The notes under the pieces: generated by a model
Told to the model about the DNA's origin: nothing
Database searches by the model: none
The model's input: the letters and a program-made list of their open reading frames with translations, nothing else
Program-made: the position numbers and the translations under genes
Assembly: GCF_037042905.1 (NCBI RefSeq)
Contig: NC_087250.1
Span: forward strand, 9,922,001-9,986,000
From: Lytechinus pictus
Lineage: Eukaryota
Direction: 5' to 3'
DNA: 64,000 bases
In this document: one piece after another, positions 1-13,783 of the stretch
Layout: the number at the start of each line of letters is the position of its first letter
How positions within the stretch are numbered: the stretch's first letter is position 1

Positions 1-2048
1 CAACCTTATATATTTTTCTTGCCATCCAATCTGAAAGCTGGCTCATTAAACACAAGGAGCGCGCAATTAAAACCAAACCATTCAATTTTTGGCCTCTCGT
101 AGTTTTAACACTGGCTTAGACTATTCTATAACTTACACCCTACTTCGGAATACCGTCCAACCTTATATATTTTTCTTGCCATCCAGGCTGGAGGCTGGCT
201 CATTAAACATAAGGAGCGCGCAATTAAAACCAAACCATTTAATTTTTGGCCTCTCATAGTTTGAACACTGGCTTAGACTATACTATAACTTACACCCTAC
301 TTCGGAATACCGTCCAACCTTATATATTTTTCTTGCCATCCAGGCTGGAGGCTGGCTCATTAAACATAAGGAGCGCGCAATTAAAACCAAACCATTTAAT
401 TTTTGGCCTCTCATAGTTTTAACACTGGCTTAGACTATACTATAACTTACACCTTACTTCAGAATACCGTCCAACCTTATATATTTTTTCTTGCCATCCA
501 GGCTGAAAGCTGGCTCATTAAACATAAGGAGCGCGCAATTAAAACCAAACCATTCAATTTTTGGCCTCTCTTAGTTTTAACACTGGCTTAGACTATTCTA
601 TAACTTACACCCTACTTAGGAATACCGTCCAACCTTATATATTTTTCTTGCCATCCAGGCTGGAGGCTGGCTCATTAAACATAAGGAGCGCGCAATTAAA
701 ACCAAACCATTTAATTTTTGGCCTCTCATAGTTTTAACACTGGCTTAGACTATACTATAACTTACACCTTACTTCAGAATACCGTCCAACCTTATATATT
801 TTTTCTTGCCATCCAGGCTGAAAGCTGGCTCTTTAAACATAAGGAGCGCGCAATTAAAACCAAACCATTCAATTTTTGGCCTCTCGTAGTTTTAACACTG
901 GCTTAGACTATTCTATAACTTACACCCTACTTCGGAATACCGTCCAACCTTATATATTTTTCTTGCCATCCAGGCTGGAGGCTGGCTCATTAAACATAAG
1001 GAGCGCGCAATTAAAACCAAACCATTTAATTTTTGGCCTCTCATAGTTTTAACACTGGCTTAGACTATACTATAACTTACACCTTACTTCAGAATACCGT
1101 CCAACCTTATATATTTTTCTTGCCATCCAATCTGAAAGCTGGCTCATTAAACACAAGGAGCGCGCAATTAAAACCAAACCATTCAATTTTTGGCCTCTCG
1201 TAGTTTTAACACTGGCTTAGACTATTCTATAACTTACACCCTACTTCGGAATACCGTCCAACCTTATATATTTTTCTTGCCATCCAGGCTGGAGGCTGGC
1301 TCATTAAACATAAGGAGCGCGCAATTAAAACCAAACCATTTAATTTTTGGCCTCTCATAGTTTGAACACTGGCTTAGACTATACTATAACTTACACCCTA
1401 CTTCGGAATACCGTCCAACCTTATATATTTTTCTTGCCATCCAGGCTGGAGGCTGGCTCATTAAACATAAGGAGCGCGCAATTAAAACCAAACCATTTAA
1501 TTTTTGGCCTCTCATAGTTTTAACACTGGCTTAGACTATACTATAACTTACACCTTACTTCAGAATACCGTCCAACCTTATATATTTTTTCTTGCCATCC
1601 AGGCTGAAAGCTGGCTCATTAAACATAAGGAGCGCGCAATTAAAACCAAACCATTCAATTTTTGGCCTCTCTTAGTTTTAACACTGGCTTAGACTATTCT
1701 ATAACTTACACCCTACTTCGGAATACCGTCCAACCTTATATATTTTTCTTGCCATCCAGGCTGGAGGCTGGCTCATTAAACATAAGGAGCGCGCAATTAA
1801 AACCAAACCATTTAATTTTTGGCCTCTCATAGTTTTAACACTGGCTTAGACTATACTATAACTTACACCCTACTTCGGAATACCGTCCAACCTTATATAT
1901 TTTCCCTTGCCATCCAGGCTGGAGGCTGGCTCATTAAACATAAGGAGCGCGCAATTAAAACCAAACCATTTAATTGTTGGCCTCTCATAGTTTTAACACT
2001 GGCTTAGACTATACTATAACTTACACCCTACTTCGGAATACCGTCCAA
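1..2048. repeat. 157-158 bp tandem satellite array (~13 monomers, runs off the window start)
   Basis: The monomer start CAACCTTATATA recurs at 1, 158, 315, 472, 630, 787, 945, 1102, 1259 and onward. The near-identical 62-aa ORFs in the track are by-products of the repeat. Confidence 0.97.
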
Positions 2049-2480
2049 TAAGTTCTACGTAGGTTGAAAGTAGAAAATCACCGTTTGGATCCGTCCCCGT
2101 CGATGGAAGTTGAGTCTGTAATAAGCAGCCGAAGCGATGGCATATTTTATTGTTGGCTTCAACGATCTCAAACAGACTATACTTAAATAACAACGTGTCT
2201 TCCATCACAACACCTCGTACGTATTCAATAAATGAATAATATTTTGACAACTGTAACTGTTTATGTTGATTCATATATTCAATAAATATTGGAAGATAAA
2301 AAAATTTGCCTAAAATAACATCAAACTTTTTCTTTTTAATGATCAAACATAACAATGGTTTATAGTATTTTTACAGTCCATATCAATAAACATTTTTGAA
2401 GAACTGTAATATTACATTTCTAATGCTATGGTTACAGCACGTTGTTCGTGTCTTTGCACGAACTTATCTCACAACCTAAA
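2049..2480. repeat. Unique flank of the satellite, duplicated at ~23089-23520
   Basis: The sequence AAGTTCTACGTAGGTTGAAAGTAGAAAAT... through ...TCACAACCT is nearly identical at both places and abuts the same point of the monomer. Confidence 0.93.
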
Positions 2481-2936
2481 CTAATTAATGTTTCTGATAA
2501 TCAATAATTGTGAAAAATATATATTATAGATTCACGTATTGGCTCCATACAGTCAGAACAATAAACAGCCCAAAGTTAATGTTTCTTTTTTTTTGCTTTG
2601 CCTTTTTTTGCCTCTGAATATGATTGATCTGATCATAACAAATTTGAGTAACTTTGAATAAACATTTGTTTGGAAAAAAAGCATTTACTTTCGGATTTAT
2701 TTTTTTCACTACATATATGCAGTATATATATATATATATATGACCTAGATGGTGCAAACTGAAATATTGTTTTCTGTGGATCATTGTAATGCCGGGAGTG
2801 GCAGAATGGTGCAGGATTAAACTCTGAACATGGTATTTTCATGAATCAGAAGAGTGAATGGAGACATTTAGTCTAGTCTTACTTTCACTGTGATAAAAAA
2901 CAATTTTTATGTTTTACATGTTATCACAGTTATATT

Positions 2937-3105
2937 GTGCTGCACTCAACTCAGGTGAGGTGAATGGGTACCTGGTAGGAATATATTCCTTGAAATGCCG
3001 AGCGCGTAAAATCTGCTTGAGCTACAGCCAGGGTAATAATATCCTAGTCCTTTGAAAGCATAAAGACGTTATTCATAATGTGCTATGCGCCATACAAGAA
3101 CTGAC

Positions 3106-3130
<25 letters not shown>
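2937..3130 (+). mobile_element. 5'-truncated tRNA-derived SINE (core plus (ATT)n tail)
   Basis: Carries the TGCTGCACTCAACTCAGGTGAGGTGAATGGGTACC core shared with full copies at 8357 and 31007, and ends in (TTA)n. Confidence 0.8.
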
Positions 3131-3157
<27 letters not shown>

Positions 3158-3265
3158 CCACTCCCGCACTACCATTCACACATGCATGCACAGCATTATG
3201 ATTGATCTGATCTTTAAACAAATGAGTAACTTTGAATAAATATTTGTTTCGAAAAAAAACATTAA

Positions 3266-3859
3266 AGGACAAGTCCACTCCAACAAAAAGTTGATTTGAA
3301 TAAAAAGAGAAAAATTCAACAAACAAAACATTGAAAATAGCATCATAATCGGATGTAAAATAAGAAAGTTATTACATTTTAAAGTTTCGTTTAATTTTAC
3401 AAAACAGTTATATGCTCATCCTGGTCAGTATGCAAATGAGGAGACTGATGACGTCATCCACTCACTATTTCTTTTGTATTTTATTATATGAAATATGAAA
3501 TATTCTAACTTTCTCCTCATTGCCAAGTGAAACAACGATTAACTCCTCCCTGAACATGTGGAGTTAGCATTGTTTAACACTATATGGTTCAGTCAAGTTG
3601 GTCCTTGATATTATATATTGTATTGTATTGTAAATATTGTATAATTCAAACATAAAAAACAAAAGAAATAGTGAGTGATGAACATCATCGACTGACTCAC
3701 CTAGTTGTGCATATCACTGTTTTGTGAAAAATAAGCGAAACTTTAAAATGTCATAACTTTCTTATTTTACATCCGATTATGATGAAATTTTCAGTGTTGT
3801 GCTAGTTTTATTTTTCTCTATTTATTCAAATCAACATTTTTTGGGGGTGGACTTGACCT
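3266..3859. mobile_element. Non-autonomous TIR element with TTAA target site (Kolobok/piggyBac-like MITE)
   Basis: Ends read TTAA|AGGACAAGTCCACTCCAACAAAAAGTTGATTTGAATAA ... TTATTCAAATCAACATTTTTTGGGGGTGGACTTGACCT|TTAA, with long imperfect inverted arms. Confidence 0.85.
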
Positions 3860-5759
3860 TTAACTTAGGAATTAGATGGACAACTACACCTGGGTTTCCT
3901 TATTCATATAGTGCAGTGGGTTCTTAATGTGCAAAGGTGGTGACTTTCCTCGAGACAGGACCTCAAATTAACGCTCTATCCGAGAGACGGTTTTCTTCGA
4001 CTGTAACATAGCCAGCATCGATAGAACAGAAATGAAACGTATATTATTCAATCATGTATATTTTTGTTGTTTTTATATTTTTTGGTGAATTATGTGTTAA
4101 GGGGCTTGTTGAAAAATAGCCTGACGGTCAAGAGCTTTTTTACACCATATTGAAATTAACAAACAAACAAATAAACAGAACTGGAGCTTTTTTTTTTCCT
4201 TGTGCTGATATATCCCTAGACACCTATAACAAACTTAGCACCTAAAAACACTCATAACATGCGTAACTGTAGGAACCGGTTTGTGCAACATCACCCAATA
4301 ACAGGTAGGGGAGACCGGTGACAATTGTAACATGTGGCAAATGTAACAGAGGCTCTCACTAGTCCGGCAGCCCAGGAGATTTATTCAACCGGAAGCCGGA
4401 CAAGCAAATGACCCCATAGCTGGATGGCATGGACCCTGAAATTTACCAAAATGCATTGCTGCCGGGTTTTATCCGTGGTCTTCCCGCCTAAATGATCTAT
4501 AACGTCACTACAAAATGGCCCTATTTCACCATTTTTTTGACATTCTACACATCGCATGAAGTCAAGGTGGAATAGCTCAGCCAAACCATACTTGTTTTGT
4601 ATGAAACTTACAAAATATATTGTTCAAGTATTCAAAAGAGACATGCAAAATTTCACGAACAGGAATTATTGTTTACATATGCAAATTACGTCATGAAATT
4701 TGCATATCATTAATTTTTGAGATTTTTTGCATCAAAAATTGTCGAAAATCGATTTAGAAATTTATTTTCTTTTTTTAGTGTACTTTTTTTGATATATTTC
4801 CTGTCAAGCATAATATCGTTCTCTTTATCTATATCTATACTTTTAGAAAATATATGTCAGTAATTGGAAAAGGCATTATAGACTGTGATTTCAACCCCCT
4901 TTTCAATATGGTGCGTATATAGAAATCGTGCGTTTTGGGCCTATTTTCACCATTTAGCTGAGGTGTGCGAACGATATGCCCACTTTATCGATGTTTCCTG
5001 CATTTTGCATGATATTAAATCTTCGAAACAACATATTTTCATCTTAATTATGTCTCTGCTGATAAATAAATGATTTCAGCAAAGATTGATTGCCCACTAG
5101 GCAGTCTATAGGTTACGTTTTCAGCCTAGTTTTCGACTACGAACCTATACCATGTATGACTGCATTATTGTAGTCGAGTCGGAAATGGGAGTTCCTGTGC
5201 ACCATCAAAATATACTTTTAAATCAACGTTTTTGTATTGCCTGAAGTGTCTAGTTAATGAATCTTGATGTTTTCTTTGCAAAATCGTGTCCCACTGGGTT
5301 CAAATTGATATTTCTGGCGGCCCTTTTGGATTTTTTTCAATGAAAATTCATTATTTTCATACTTTTGTGCAGAGAGTGTGACAATAGGACAATCTCACAT
5401 GAATACGCATTTTACTATGATTCGGATAGTAGAAATCGGTTGAAATCGTTTTCTGGACAGACCTGCTAATATATTTTGAAATAAATAAAAATATACCCCG
5501 AAATTGTCATGCTTTTGGTCCAAAATTTGCATGTGCATTGATATCTATCTGCTCAGTCATTAACATCAACAACTATTGCAAAATATCAGCATTCGACACG
5601 AAAGAGGATATATTATACCAAGAATACTGAAACGCTTCGTGACAGTATAAATGAATGTCTTAATTTGCTTAGTTAAAGGGAAAATACCATGTATTACTCG
5701 TTATTGCGATAAAATGACACAAAAAAGCAACCTCTGTGTCATAGGCACACATGCAAGAG

Positions 5760-6528
5760 CCCGAGGAAGGTCCCCTTTCCCTATCAGTAGCTTGTCTAAA
5801 AAATGTGATTTTTTTGAGCCCCCAATGTGACAAGATGGTGGTTCCTTTATGTAGAAAAACAACTCTTATTTTATTGAAATCACTTGGAGACAAAACAGTA
5901 GGCTCTTCTCTATCAGCTACATTATAAAGAAGTGAGGGCACAGCAAAGCCTACCCCCCCCTTACGGGACCGCCAAAGTCCCCCATCCTTTTTTCGTATTT
6001 TGCCCATTTCTTGGAAAATTCGCAATTTTTGTAGCCCCCTTGAAGGGAAAAGACGTTTCTGCTTTGCAGTCAAGTCACCTTTATTGTTTTTAACCACTTG
6101 GAGATAAAAGAATAGACTTTCCTCTATCTGCTACATATAGGGAAGTGCTGACACAGCGAAGCCTAAGCCTAAACCCTCAGGGTGCTGCCGAAGTCACTCA
6201 CCCTTTTTTTTTTGTATTTTACCTATTTATGGGAAAATATGCCATTTTGGAGCCCCCATTGAGGCAAAAAGCTTTTCTGCTAGGTAAAAATGCCACTTTT
6301 ATTGTTTAAAACTATATGGAGACAAAAGAATAAAGTTTCCTCTATCTGCTACATATAAAGAAGTGCTGATACAGCAAAGCCTATCCCCTCTGGGGACTGT
6401 CGAAGTTACCCACCCTTTTTTTATATTTTACCTATTTGTGGGAAAATATGCCATTTTTGGAGCCCCCATTGAGACAAAAAGCGTTTCTGCTATGTAGTAA
6501 GGCCACTTTTATTGTTTTTAAACTATAT
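5760..6528. repeat. Diverged ~210-bp tandem repeat (3-4 copies), probably internal to a DNA transposon
   Basis: The block GAGCCCCCA...GGAGACAAAA...CTCTATCTGCTACAT recurs near 5815, 6035, 6250 and 6460. Confidence 0.75.
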
Positions 6529-6531
6529 GAT

Positions 6532-6735
6532 GGAGCGTTGTGGCCCAGTGGATAAGTCTTCTGACATTGAAACATTCTGCTGCACTCGACCCAGGTAAGG
6601 TGAATGGGAAACCCGGCAGGATTAATTCCTTGAATGCACGAGCGCTGAAAGGCAGCTCGAGCTAAAGACGGGGTAATAATAATAATAACAACGCGCCTCG
6701 GAATAGAATATTTCTGGATAGATGGCGATTTATTG
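6532..6735 (+). mobile_element. tRNA-derived SINE with internal deletion
   Basis: The A-box head GGAGCGTTGTGGCCCAGTGGATAAG is joined directly to the core CTGCACTCGACCCAGGTAAGGTGAATGGG. Confidence 0.85.
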
Positions 6736-8356
6736 CGATGCCGTTGGGATGAAAGTATATTTCAGGTGGAATTTTCTTTGAAGAAAAAAAAGTTATATTT
6801 GTGCCAAATGTATTCTACTGTCTGTTATTATACTTTCAAACATCGTTTAATAGAAATATATAAATATCAAATCTATGATTTATATTACATTTTCTATCAT
6901 GATATGTCACTACTGAAAACCTATGTTTGTGTTGAAAAGAAAGTAACAAAAATATGAAATGTTGTGTCAAGTTTTTATTTGTCTAAAATATGAAGATGTT
7001 TGGGGAAAAATGACACATAAATATTGTTCAGCTCTCGATGAAAAAGCATAGTGATAAAGGGGCATGATATACTCATTTGTTTGATATCAAATTCGTCATG
7101 ATAGCACAAATATTTTATAAGATACAGTATAATCTTATGATGTTTGGCAAGTGTCAACTTTTCTTTGAGTTTCATGGGTGTATGTAAATTTTTGGCCTCA
7201 TGACAGCGTGCAAAGCCTTGCATATAAATGTTAAAAAAAAATACTTTCACACCTCGAAAACAAAAAAAAACTAAGCAAATGTTTGGTTGCAGTATTCCGT
7301 GATATATTCTAAGGGTGAAACACTCCATGAAATTTACAAACCAATTCTCCATACGATTACAATCGACAATTGTTCACTGCCAAATATTTGTAAAAACATC
7401 ACAATTCGAAATAATCAATTTACAGTGTTCAGAAAGGATTGTAACATATATATAAAAGGCGTAGAAATGGATAAAACTTAAATAGGCTGCTTCCTGAGAA
7501 CAACAAGGGGAGCCCGGGCTTAAAATCTCAATAGTACATACACTTGATAGAACTTCCCCTACCAAGGCGGGAAAACCTGTCCAGGGTCCCGATTAGCAAC
7601 ACGAGGACAAGACTATATTATCTCGCAATACTGCATACAAACGTCACCTACTGGCTGGCTCAGTGACTTTGTCAAATTCGAGCAGGCTGGCAAATCACAA
7701 CCCAGCGGCAGCTCTCCGATAAACCAATTGCTGATCGGCCACAATACTTCGTCAGCGAGAAAGCCACAAATGTTGAGGATATAAATCCACAGGTGAGAGG
7801 AAACTCACTGAGGTTTGAGCCATTATCCATATCAGAATTTCTCGGAATGGCCTAAATAGAGATCTCTCTTGGCTGGAAAAAATTATATATTTTTTTATGA
7901 ATAATTTCAGGAATATTTCATGAGTTAATTAGCAATAATCATCTTACTAGGCTATCAATTTACTTTTAGGTACTATTATTCTTTCTTGTCTAGCACACAT
8001 TTAACTCTCCTGCAAACATATTGACACTTGATTTCAAGATAGAGTAATAGAGTTCATTGTCACCTCATTTTATACTGAATTAGTCTCATAAGAGGCCTTT
8101 ATCGATTACCTCATTCTTTTAATGCATATTCATGAGTCCAGGGCGAAGCTGCTGTTTTGATACACCAATTTTCGACAGAGACTTTATAGGTTGATCTTTG
8201 TCACGAATGGGATTCGATAATACTGTACATGTTCTATGTTCTTGAAAGACTGAGTTCTTCGTCGCAGCGCAACAACTTGATAAAGAGATAGGGGTATTGT
8301 TGATGAGATATTGCTTGAGTATCGTCTGAGGCGGTTTTCCGTCATGCAAAAGATGT

Positions 8357-8659
8357 GGAGCGTCGTGGCCCAGTGGATTAGTCTCCGGACTTTGAAACAG
8401 AGGGTCGTGGGTTCAAATCCCAGCCATGGCGTAATTTCCTTCAGCAAGGAATTTATCCACAGTGTGCTGCACTCGAACAAGGTGAGGTAAATGGGTACCG
8501 GCAGGAAGTAATTCCTCAATAGCTGCGTGCACCTGAATAGGTAGCCTAGCTTATATTAGCAGGGTAATAATAATAGCAGGGCCTGCTGGGAGAACAGTTT
8601 TCGGAACTGAAGTGGCTACCCTGGGTAAATATACCGTTATTATCATTATTATTATTATT
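8357..8659 (+). mobile_element. Full-length tRNA-derived SINE
   Basis: A box TGGCCCAGTGG, B box GGTTCAAATCC, conserved core, (ATT)n tail. Confidence 0.92.
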
Positions 8660-9027
8660 AAGATCGAGCTTGTCTTGGTGTATACATATTGTAATCCTAC
8701 CGAGTCTGGCCCGAATGCCTCTGGAAAGCAGACGGCAAAAAAATAAGCATTTTATTTCAGAGACACAATGATGCAGGGAAGGGCATGGGCAATATCACAG
8801 AATATTAACACAGTGACCAAACAAAATAAATTCAATTCAATTCTTTATTCCATTTCCATTCAAAACACAATACAAAGTACTATCAATCAGATACAATTTT
8901 AGAGATGAGCATCCTTACTTCGTAAACAAAAAAATCACAATGTCTTCCCTTTGAAGTAAATAGAAAACAATAATAATATTTGTAACTAATCATTTATATT
9001 GGGATTTATTCATTGTTTAGTCCACAC

Positions 9028-9189
9028 CAGGGCTCCGTAACACAAAGGTTTGAACTCAATCGCTAAATACCAATGACCAATCAAGATCTTCGTTGCACGC
9101 GCACTCTGTTTAAAATACTGACCGGGAGCGTTCGGTGCGGTTCTTTCATACATGCAATTCATTGCAAGCCTTTGTGTTACGGAGCCCTG
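9028..9189. mobile_element. Short MITE (PIF/Harbinger-like TIRs)
   Basis: Inverted termini CAGGGCTCCGTAACACAAAGG ... CCTTTGTGTTACGGAGCCCTG. Confidence 0.85.
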
Positions 9190-9276
9190 AACGTATTAAT
9201 CTTGACTCAATGCAATGTCAAAACCTTAATATGCACCTGCCCCAAATTTAGTGCCGCCCTGTTTCCATGGCAATGT

Positions 9277-9377
9277 ACCGGTGCGTTGTTACGTACACCT
9301 GGAATTCAAGCAACATGGGCATGATGGGGGAAGCTACGAACTGAAGCAGAGGTTCAAGGTTCGAGCCCTGTGTCCCG
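9277..9377 (+). mobile_element. Degenerate copy of the 7SL-like-headed SINE seen at 28392
   Basis: ACCGGTGCGTTGTTACGTACACCTGGAATTCAAGC...GGGGAAG...GCAGAGGTTC...GGTTCGAGCCCTG parallels 28392-28470. Confidence 0.5.
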
Positions 9378-9790
9378 TTACTCAAAGGTTACTGATTAAT
9401 CGTACGCTTGATTTTTACTATGGATTGTACATCGTATTCAATGCAATACTTAATAACATAATAATTATATACAATTGTTATACAATAATGGCTTAGCCAA
9501 TATATACATACGCAATGGCAGTCATAAAGATACATGTTATATACAATAACCAATGTTACATAGTAATAATGAAAACATATAATGTCATTGTTGGTTTCGT
9601 CTGTAATCTGATTGCGCCACACCAGTGCATACAGGGGGCACCTTGGGGGCGTTTGCCCCCCCCCCAAAAAAAAAAAAAGTTTTCACCATCAAGACAAAAA
9701 AAAGCGATAGAATGTAAAGAAAGGAAAGAGATGGGTGAAACGTATGTATAATATCATTTTCTGAATATTAAGTCAAAATCTATCACTATA

Positions 9791-12700
9791 TGTGACTCGT
9801 CCTGTCAAAAGCAGACAGAATTCGATTTCTTTAAATATAATTTTTTTTTAGATTATGATTTTCCATTTCTCAAGCTTTAATTTGGTATATAGCACATGCT
9901 AAGGGACATAGTATTTGCTGAGAAAATAGTCTTTAAATGTCCCAGGTACGAGAGTTCATAAAAAGTATTTTTACGAGAAAATCGCTTCTGAAGTTTCGCC
10001 CGCTTTCAGACTTCTCGGAGCCTTTTTCACATGTTTCACGCGGAAACTCATCCCTTCATTGACTGAAAGTGCTTAGCAACCGTCAATGGTTTACAATAAA
10101 ATTGGGTTTTCCTGAATCCTTGAGATCTCTCCTCAAAGAAAATAAGTTTTTGTAATCGTTTCAACCATTAATTATACGTTTTTTTAAGAGAGAAATACAA
10201 GCTATTTTATTGGACAGTGAGGCATTTTGCGTGGCTTTTGCCGTGTCTGGTATTGTTCTCTGTCTATTGTCACATTGTGCTTTCAGTTGCGATTGTGCGT
10301 GGCGTCCATGTTGAATGCGGACTGAACCTTTTTTAGTCTATACCAGCGCCTGTATCGGCCCTATACTACCATGAGTCTAATCCGGGAGTTTAATCTGCTA
10401 TCTCCTCATTTTTTCTTCTCCTTCTTCTCTTCCTTCTTTTTTGAAGTTATTATCAATTTCGTGGCATCTTAAGAACTTTCATCACCTTTATGAGAAGAGT
10501 TTAAAACGTAAAATGCCGGGGTAAAATGAGTAAAGCGAACTGTGTTTGTACCACCGTAAAAACCAACACACAGAAGCACACGCCGTCTTTGTTTTTATTC
10601 CGCTTTATTTTTCTTCCATGAAGGATATTTTCACAGATGTGTTTCTTAAAATCATGCAAGAAGTCTAACATCCCCTCACTCATAGACCCCGATTTTTGTT
10701 AAGAACGTGTTACGTTTAACTCTTAGTGTTCGTTCTCTTTAAAATTGATTAACAAAACTCACTTCCACTGCCGATCAATCTTTTAAGGATTTGAAAATCT
10801 TTCTTTTGAAAATGTTAAAAACGCTAATGAAAATATTGTAATCATGATTAAAAGAAACTTTCTTAATTCTGCATATCCTTGATAATTTCAATGAAATTAA
10901 TTAATCCTCACATACGACCGGTTTTTTTTAATACGTCTTGTCCTTGGTTATTTCGCGTTCATTGTTCATTATCAAATCTGTCTTTTTTCTACGTAAAGGC
11001 CTATGCTTGCACCATCAAAAGTAGTAATAGGAATATGGACAGATTGGTTTCTTATTTATTTTTGTTATGATTGTGTTATTTGTATTTCGTCATGAAGGCC
11101 TACTTAAGTCAGTCACAGATGCTAACTCGAACATAATTGTTTGTTTTTTCAATATGATTTTCTATCATAAGCAAGATTCAGTATTGATGCCATGTTTTTT
11201 ATCAACCATCAACGAACGCTATTATGCCTATGACAAATTAATATAAAGCTTATTAGTCATTATTCTTGAATTGGTTAGAAGATATTTCATTTTAATAGCC
11301 AGTAATATTGAGATACGGATAAAATATCAAGCTCCTAATATATTTTTTATATTGTATTAAAAAAAAATCATCATTCATAATCAACATTTTTACCATTACA
11401 GGCCTATCATCATTATCATTGTTATTTTATATCTATGATTACTGTTATTATCGTTTGTATTACTGTCATTGTTATTTCCATGGTTATTATTTTTTCAATT
11501 ATCATGATTATTGTTGGTGATGGATTAAGCCATCAATTTCTTTCTTTTTCTTACATAATTCACCATTGTGAAAGGGGCTTCACTTGAATAGCGCAAACTT
11601 TGACGTTCGATTTAGTTTCTTTATTTATTCTCTTTAAAACTAATAGATTAGCACACGTTCACGGACTATCAATATTTTCTAAAGATTTGAAAATCTTTAA
11701 TTCTTTTGAAAATGCCATCTCCGAAAAAAAAAACGTTTTAAATAATGAAAAGATCCTGATCATGGCCTATGATAGAGAAAGTACCTGTTATCATTGTCTC
11801 CTTGATAGTATCCTTTGTAATTCTAAGGAAATTAATCCTCATAAAAAACCCGTGTTTTGAATACGTTTTGACCTTGGCTTTTATTTCGCGATTATACTCG
11901 AGCTCATAATCCATCGCCCACGCCCCCGCCCGGCCCAGTGCCATTATCGCCACACCTACGCCTTTAGAATTCGCATCCTCTTTGTAAACTTGTAAAAATC
12001 AACACGCGTTCACTGACGATCAATATTTTAAAGGATTTGAGAATCATTCTTTTGAAAATGCCATCTCACGTTTAACGCTTAATGAAAAAATCCTGATAAT
12101 GGGCCTAAGATTAAATAAAAGATTATTTCTCAATTCAGCATATCCTTTGTAATTTCAATGAAATTAATCCTCACTTACAAACCGTGTTTTAAATACGTTT
12201 TGTCCTCGGCTGTTATTGAGACCCAATAATCAAGCTCATCGCCCACGCCCCCGCCCTTCCCAGTTCTATTACAACCTCCCCGCCCGCGCTTCAAAAAGAT
12301 AGATCAAAAGCATCGCTTTTCAAAAGCATGCCTGTTAAAGAGAAATTCCAGTAGTTGCAGTAAACACTGATTTCATGAGAAAGTCTGTAAAACCAGGCTT
12401 AATTGTCAGTATATCATCGAGGATCTAGATCTGGTACAGTTACATAAACTGAACTTTGTGAAATCTTGAAATCTACGCTGAAAAATGTTCAGGTTGAACT
12501 TCCCCAACACAGATAAGCGCACGTGGGACAGTGTATACTTATTGCTTTGAGCATCGGGCCCGACGCTCTACCCGAATCCTGTGCTTATTTGCTGATTTCT
12601 CAGCAATTACACAATTTCTTCCAGAATCTTTTGGCAAGTGCGTTTTATTTATACAAACAGACACTTTGGTGGTCATTTCATTGGATTCTGTACGAACTCA

Positions 12701-13149
12701 TTTTGATATCGTTACCAAAACTAGCATTTACCTTTAATTAAGAAAGATTTACTAACGGGATGCGAATTCTTAACTCCAGCTCATCGATTTCAGCTAAATA
12801 ATCCCCTTCATGCACCGGCTGCGTGCGAGTACTATGAATAGCCAATAAAAAATGGCGTACGTTGCTAGGGGCGGAGCTTAGTACAGCGCGAAGATTTGAG
12901 CTTGATGAACGAGCGGAGTGTCAGAAAAGTTCGAACTGACAGAAAAAAACACTCGCAGAAAAACGGCTTTTTCGACAATTTCCCGTTATCATTTTCGATT
13001 GATTTTTTGACAGAGTATACTTGAAACATTAAACATCCCTAAAATGTAAAAAAAAAAATTTCGACATTTTTGAAGATTTTTTGCATTTTACCCATTTTCT
13101 CAATTCGGTATCGAGCGACTTCTGTCTGATTTAGACAAACCATGTCACA
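9791..13149. mobile_element. ~3.4-kb non-autonomous TIR element with TA flanks
   Basis: Ends read TA|TGTGACTCGTCCTGTCAAAAGCAGACAGAATTCG ... CGACTTCTGTCTGATTTAGACAAACCATGTCACA|TA. An internal module is repeated three times (~10770, 11650, 12010). No transposase ORF is visible. Confidence 0.7.
12339..12733. mobile_element. Nested TTAA-flanked element (Kolobok-like)
   Basis: Ends read TTAA|AGAGAAATTCCAGT ... ACTAGCATTTACCT|TTAA, with short imperfect TIRs. Confidence 0.55.
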
Positions 13150-13444
13150 TATTGGATTTTTGTAACAAAAAATATCGAAAGTTTTTTTCGTCTCTTCGCT
13201 CGCTCTCAACATTCTTTTGATTTTTCCCGGTACACCATATTTGGCACCTAAATTCCTTTGGCTCATTAAACTACTGAGTCGAGCTGAGTGATTTGTTGAA
13301 AATAACATTATCCCCTTACGTTTCGTGTCCATGAATATTCATGAGGCGTACTGACTAAATAAGCCCCATGATATCATAGCTATGTCAATCGCGTCGGTAC
13401 CGAATTGAAGCCATTTTAGTCTTTCCCCGGATGAATAGCATTTC

Positions 13445-13780
13445 GGACTTTTCGCAATTATTACGGGGAAACTCTCTACAACGCACCAATCCCTTTGAAA
13501 TTTAAGTCAAACAACAATTGAGAGCAGAGAGGCTTTTTCCGAAAGTTGGTGGACCGGGACAGTATCGAATGTTGGTGGACCGGGACAGTATCGGAATATC
13601 TTGACTCTGGACAACGACATATTTGCAATCGTTCGCCCGGTTCAAATCGTCGGATGATCTGCTGTACCAGTCCACCATCTTTCGACAAAAGCTACTCAGC
13701 TCTCCATTGTGATTTTAATTGCATTTCCAAAGGAATCAGTGCGTTGTAGAGAGTTTCCCCGTAGTAAATGCGAAAAGTCC
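13445..13780. mobile_element. MITE inserted immediately after the gene A stop codon
   Basis: ~55-bp TIRs GGACTTTTCGCAATTATTACGGGGAAACTCTCTACAACGCAC / GTGCGTTGTAGAGAGTTTCCCCGTAGTAAATGCGAAAAGTCC, plus an internal direct repeat of GTTGGTGGACCGGGACAGTATCG. Confidence 0.85.
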
Positions 13781-13783
13781 CTA

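Noticed and set aside
403..2007. Four near-identical 62-aa ORFs suggesting a multicopy peptide gene or a CRISPR-like array
   Set aside because: They arise from 157/158-bp satellite monomers and start at TTG. There are no unique spacers between the repeats, so this is not CRISPR.
8119..8349. 76-aa minus-strand ORF next to a SINE
   Set aside because: It has no recognisable domain and no clear splice sites, so it cannot be supported as coding.
8357..8430. tRNA-like sequences (also at 31007, 32265 and 14979)
   Set aside because: Each continues into a shared SINE core and (ATT)n tail, so they are SINE heads rather than tRNA genes.
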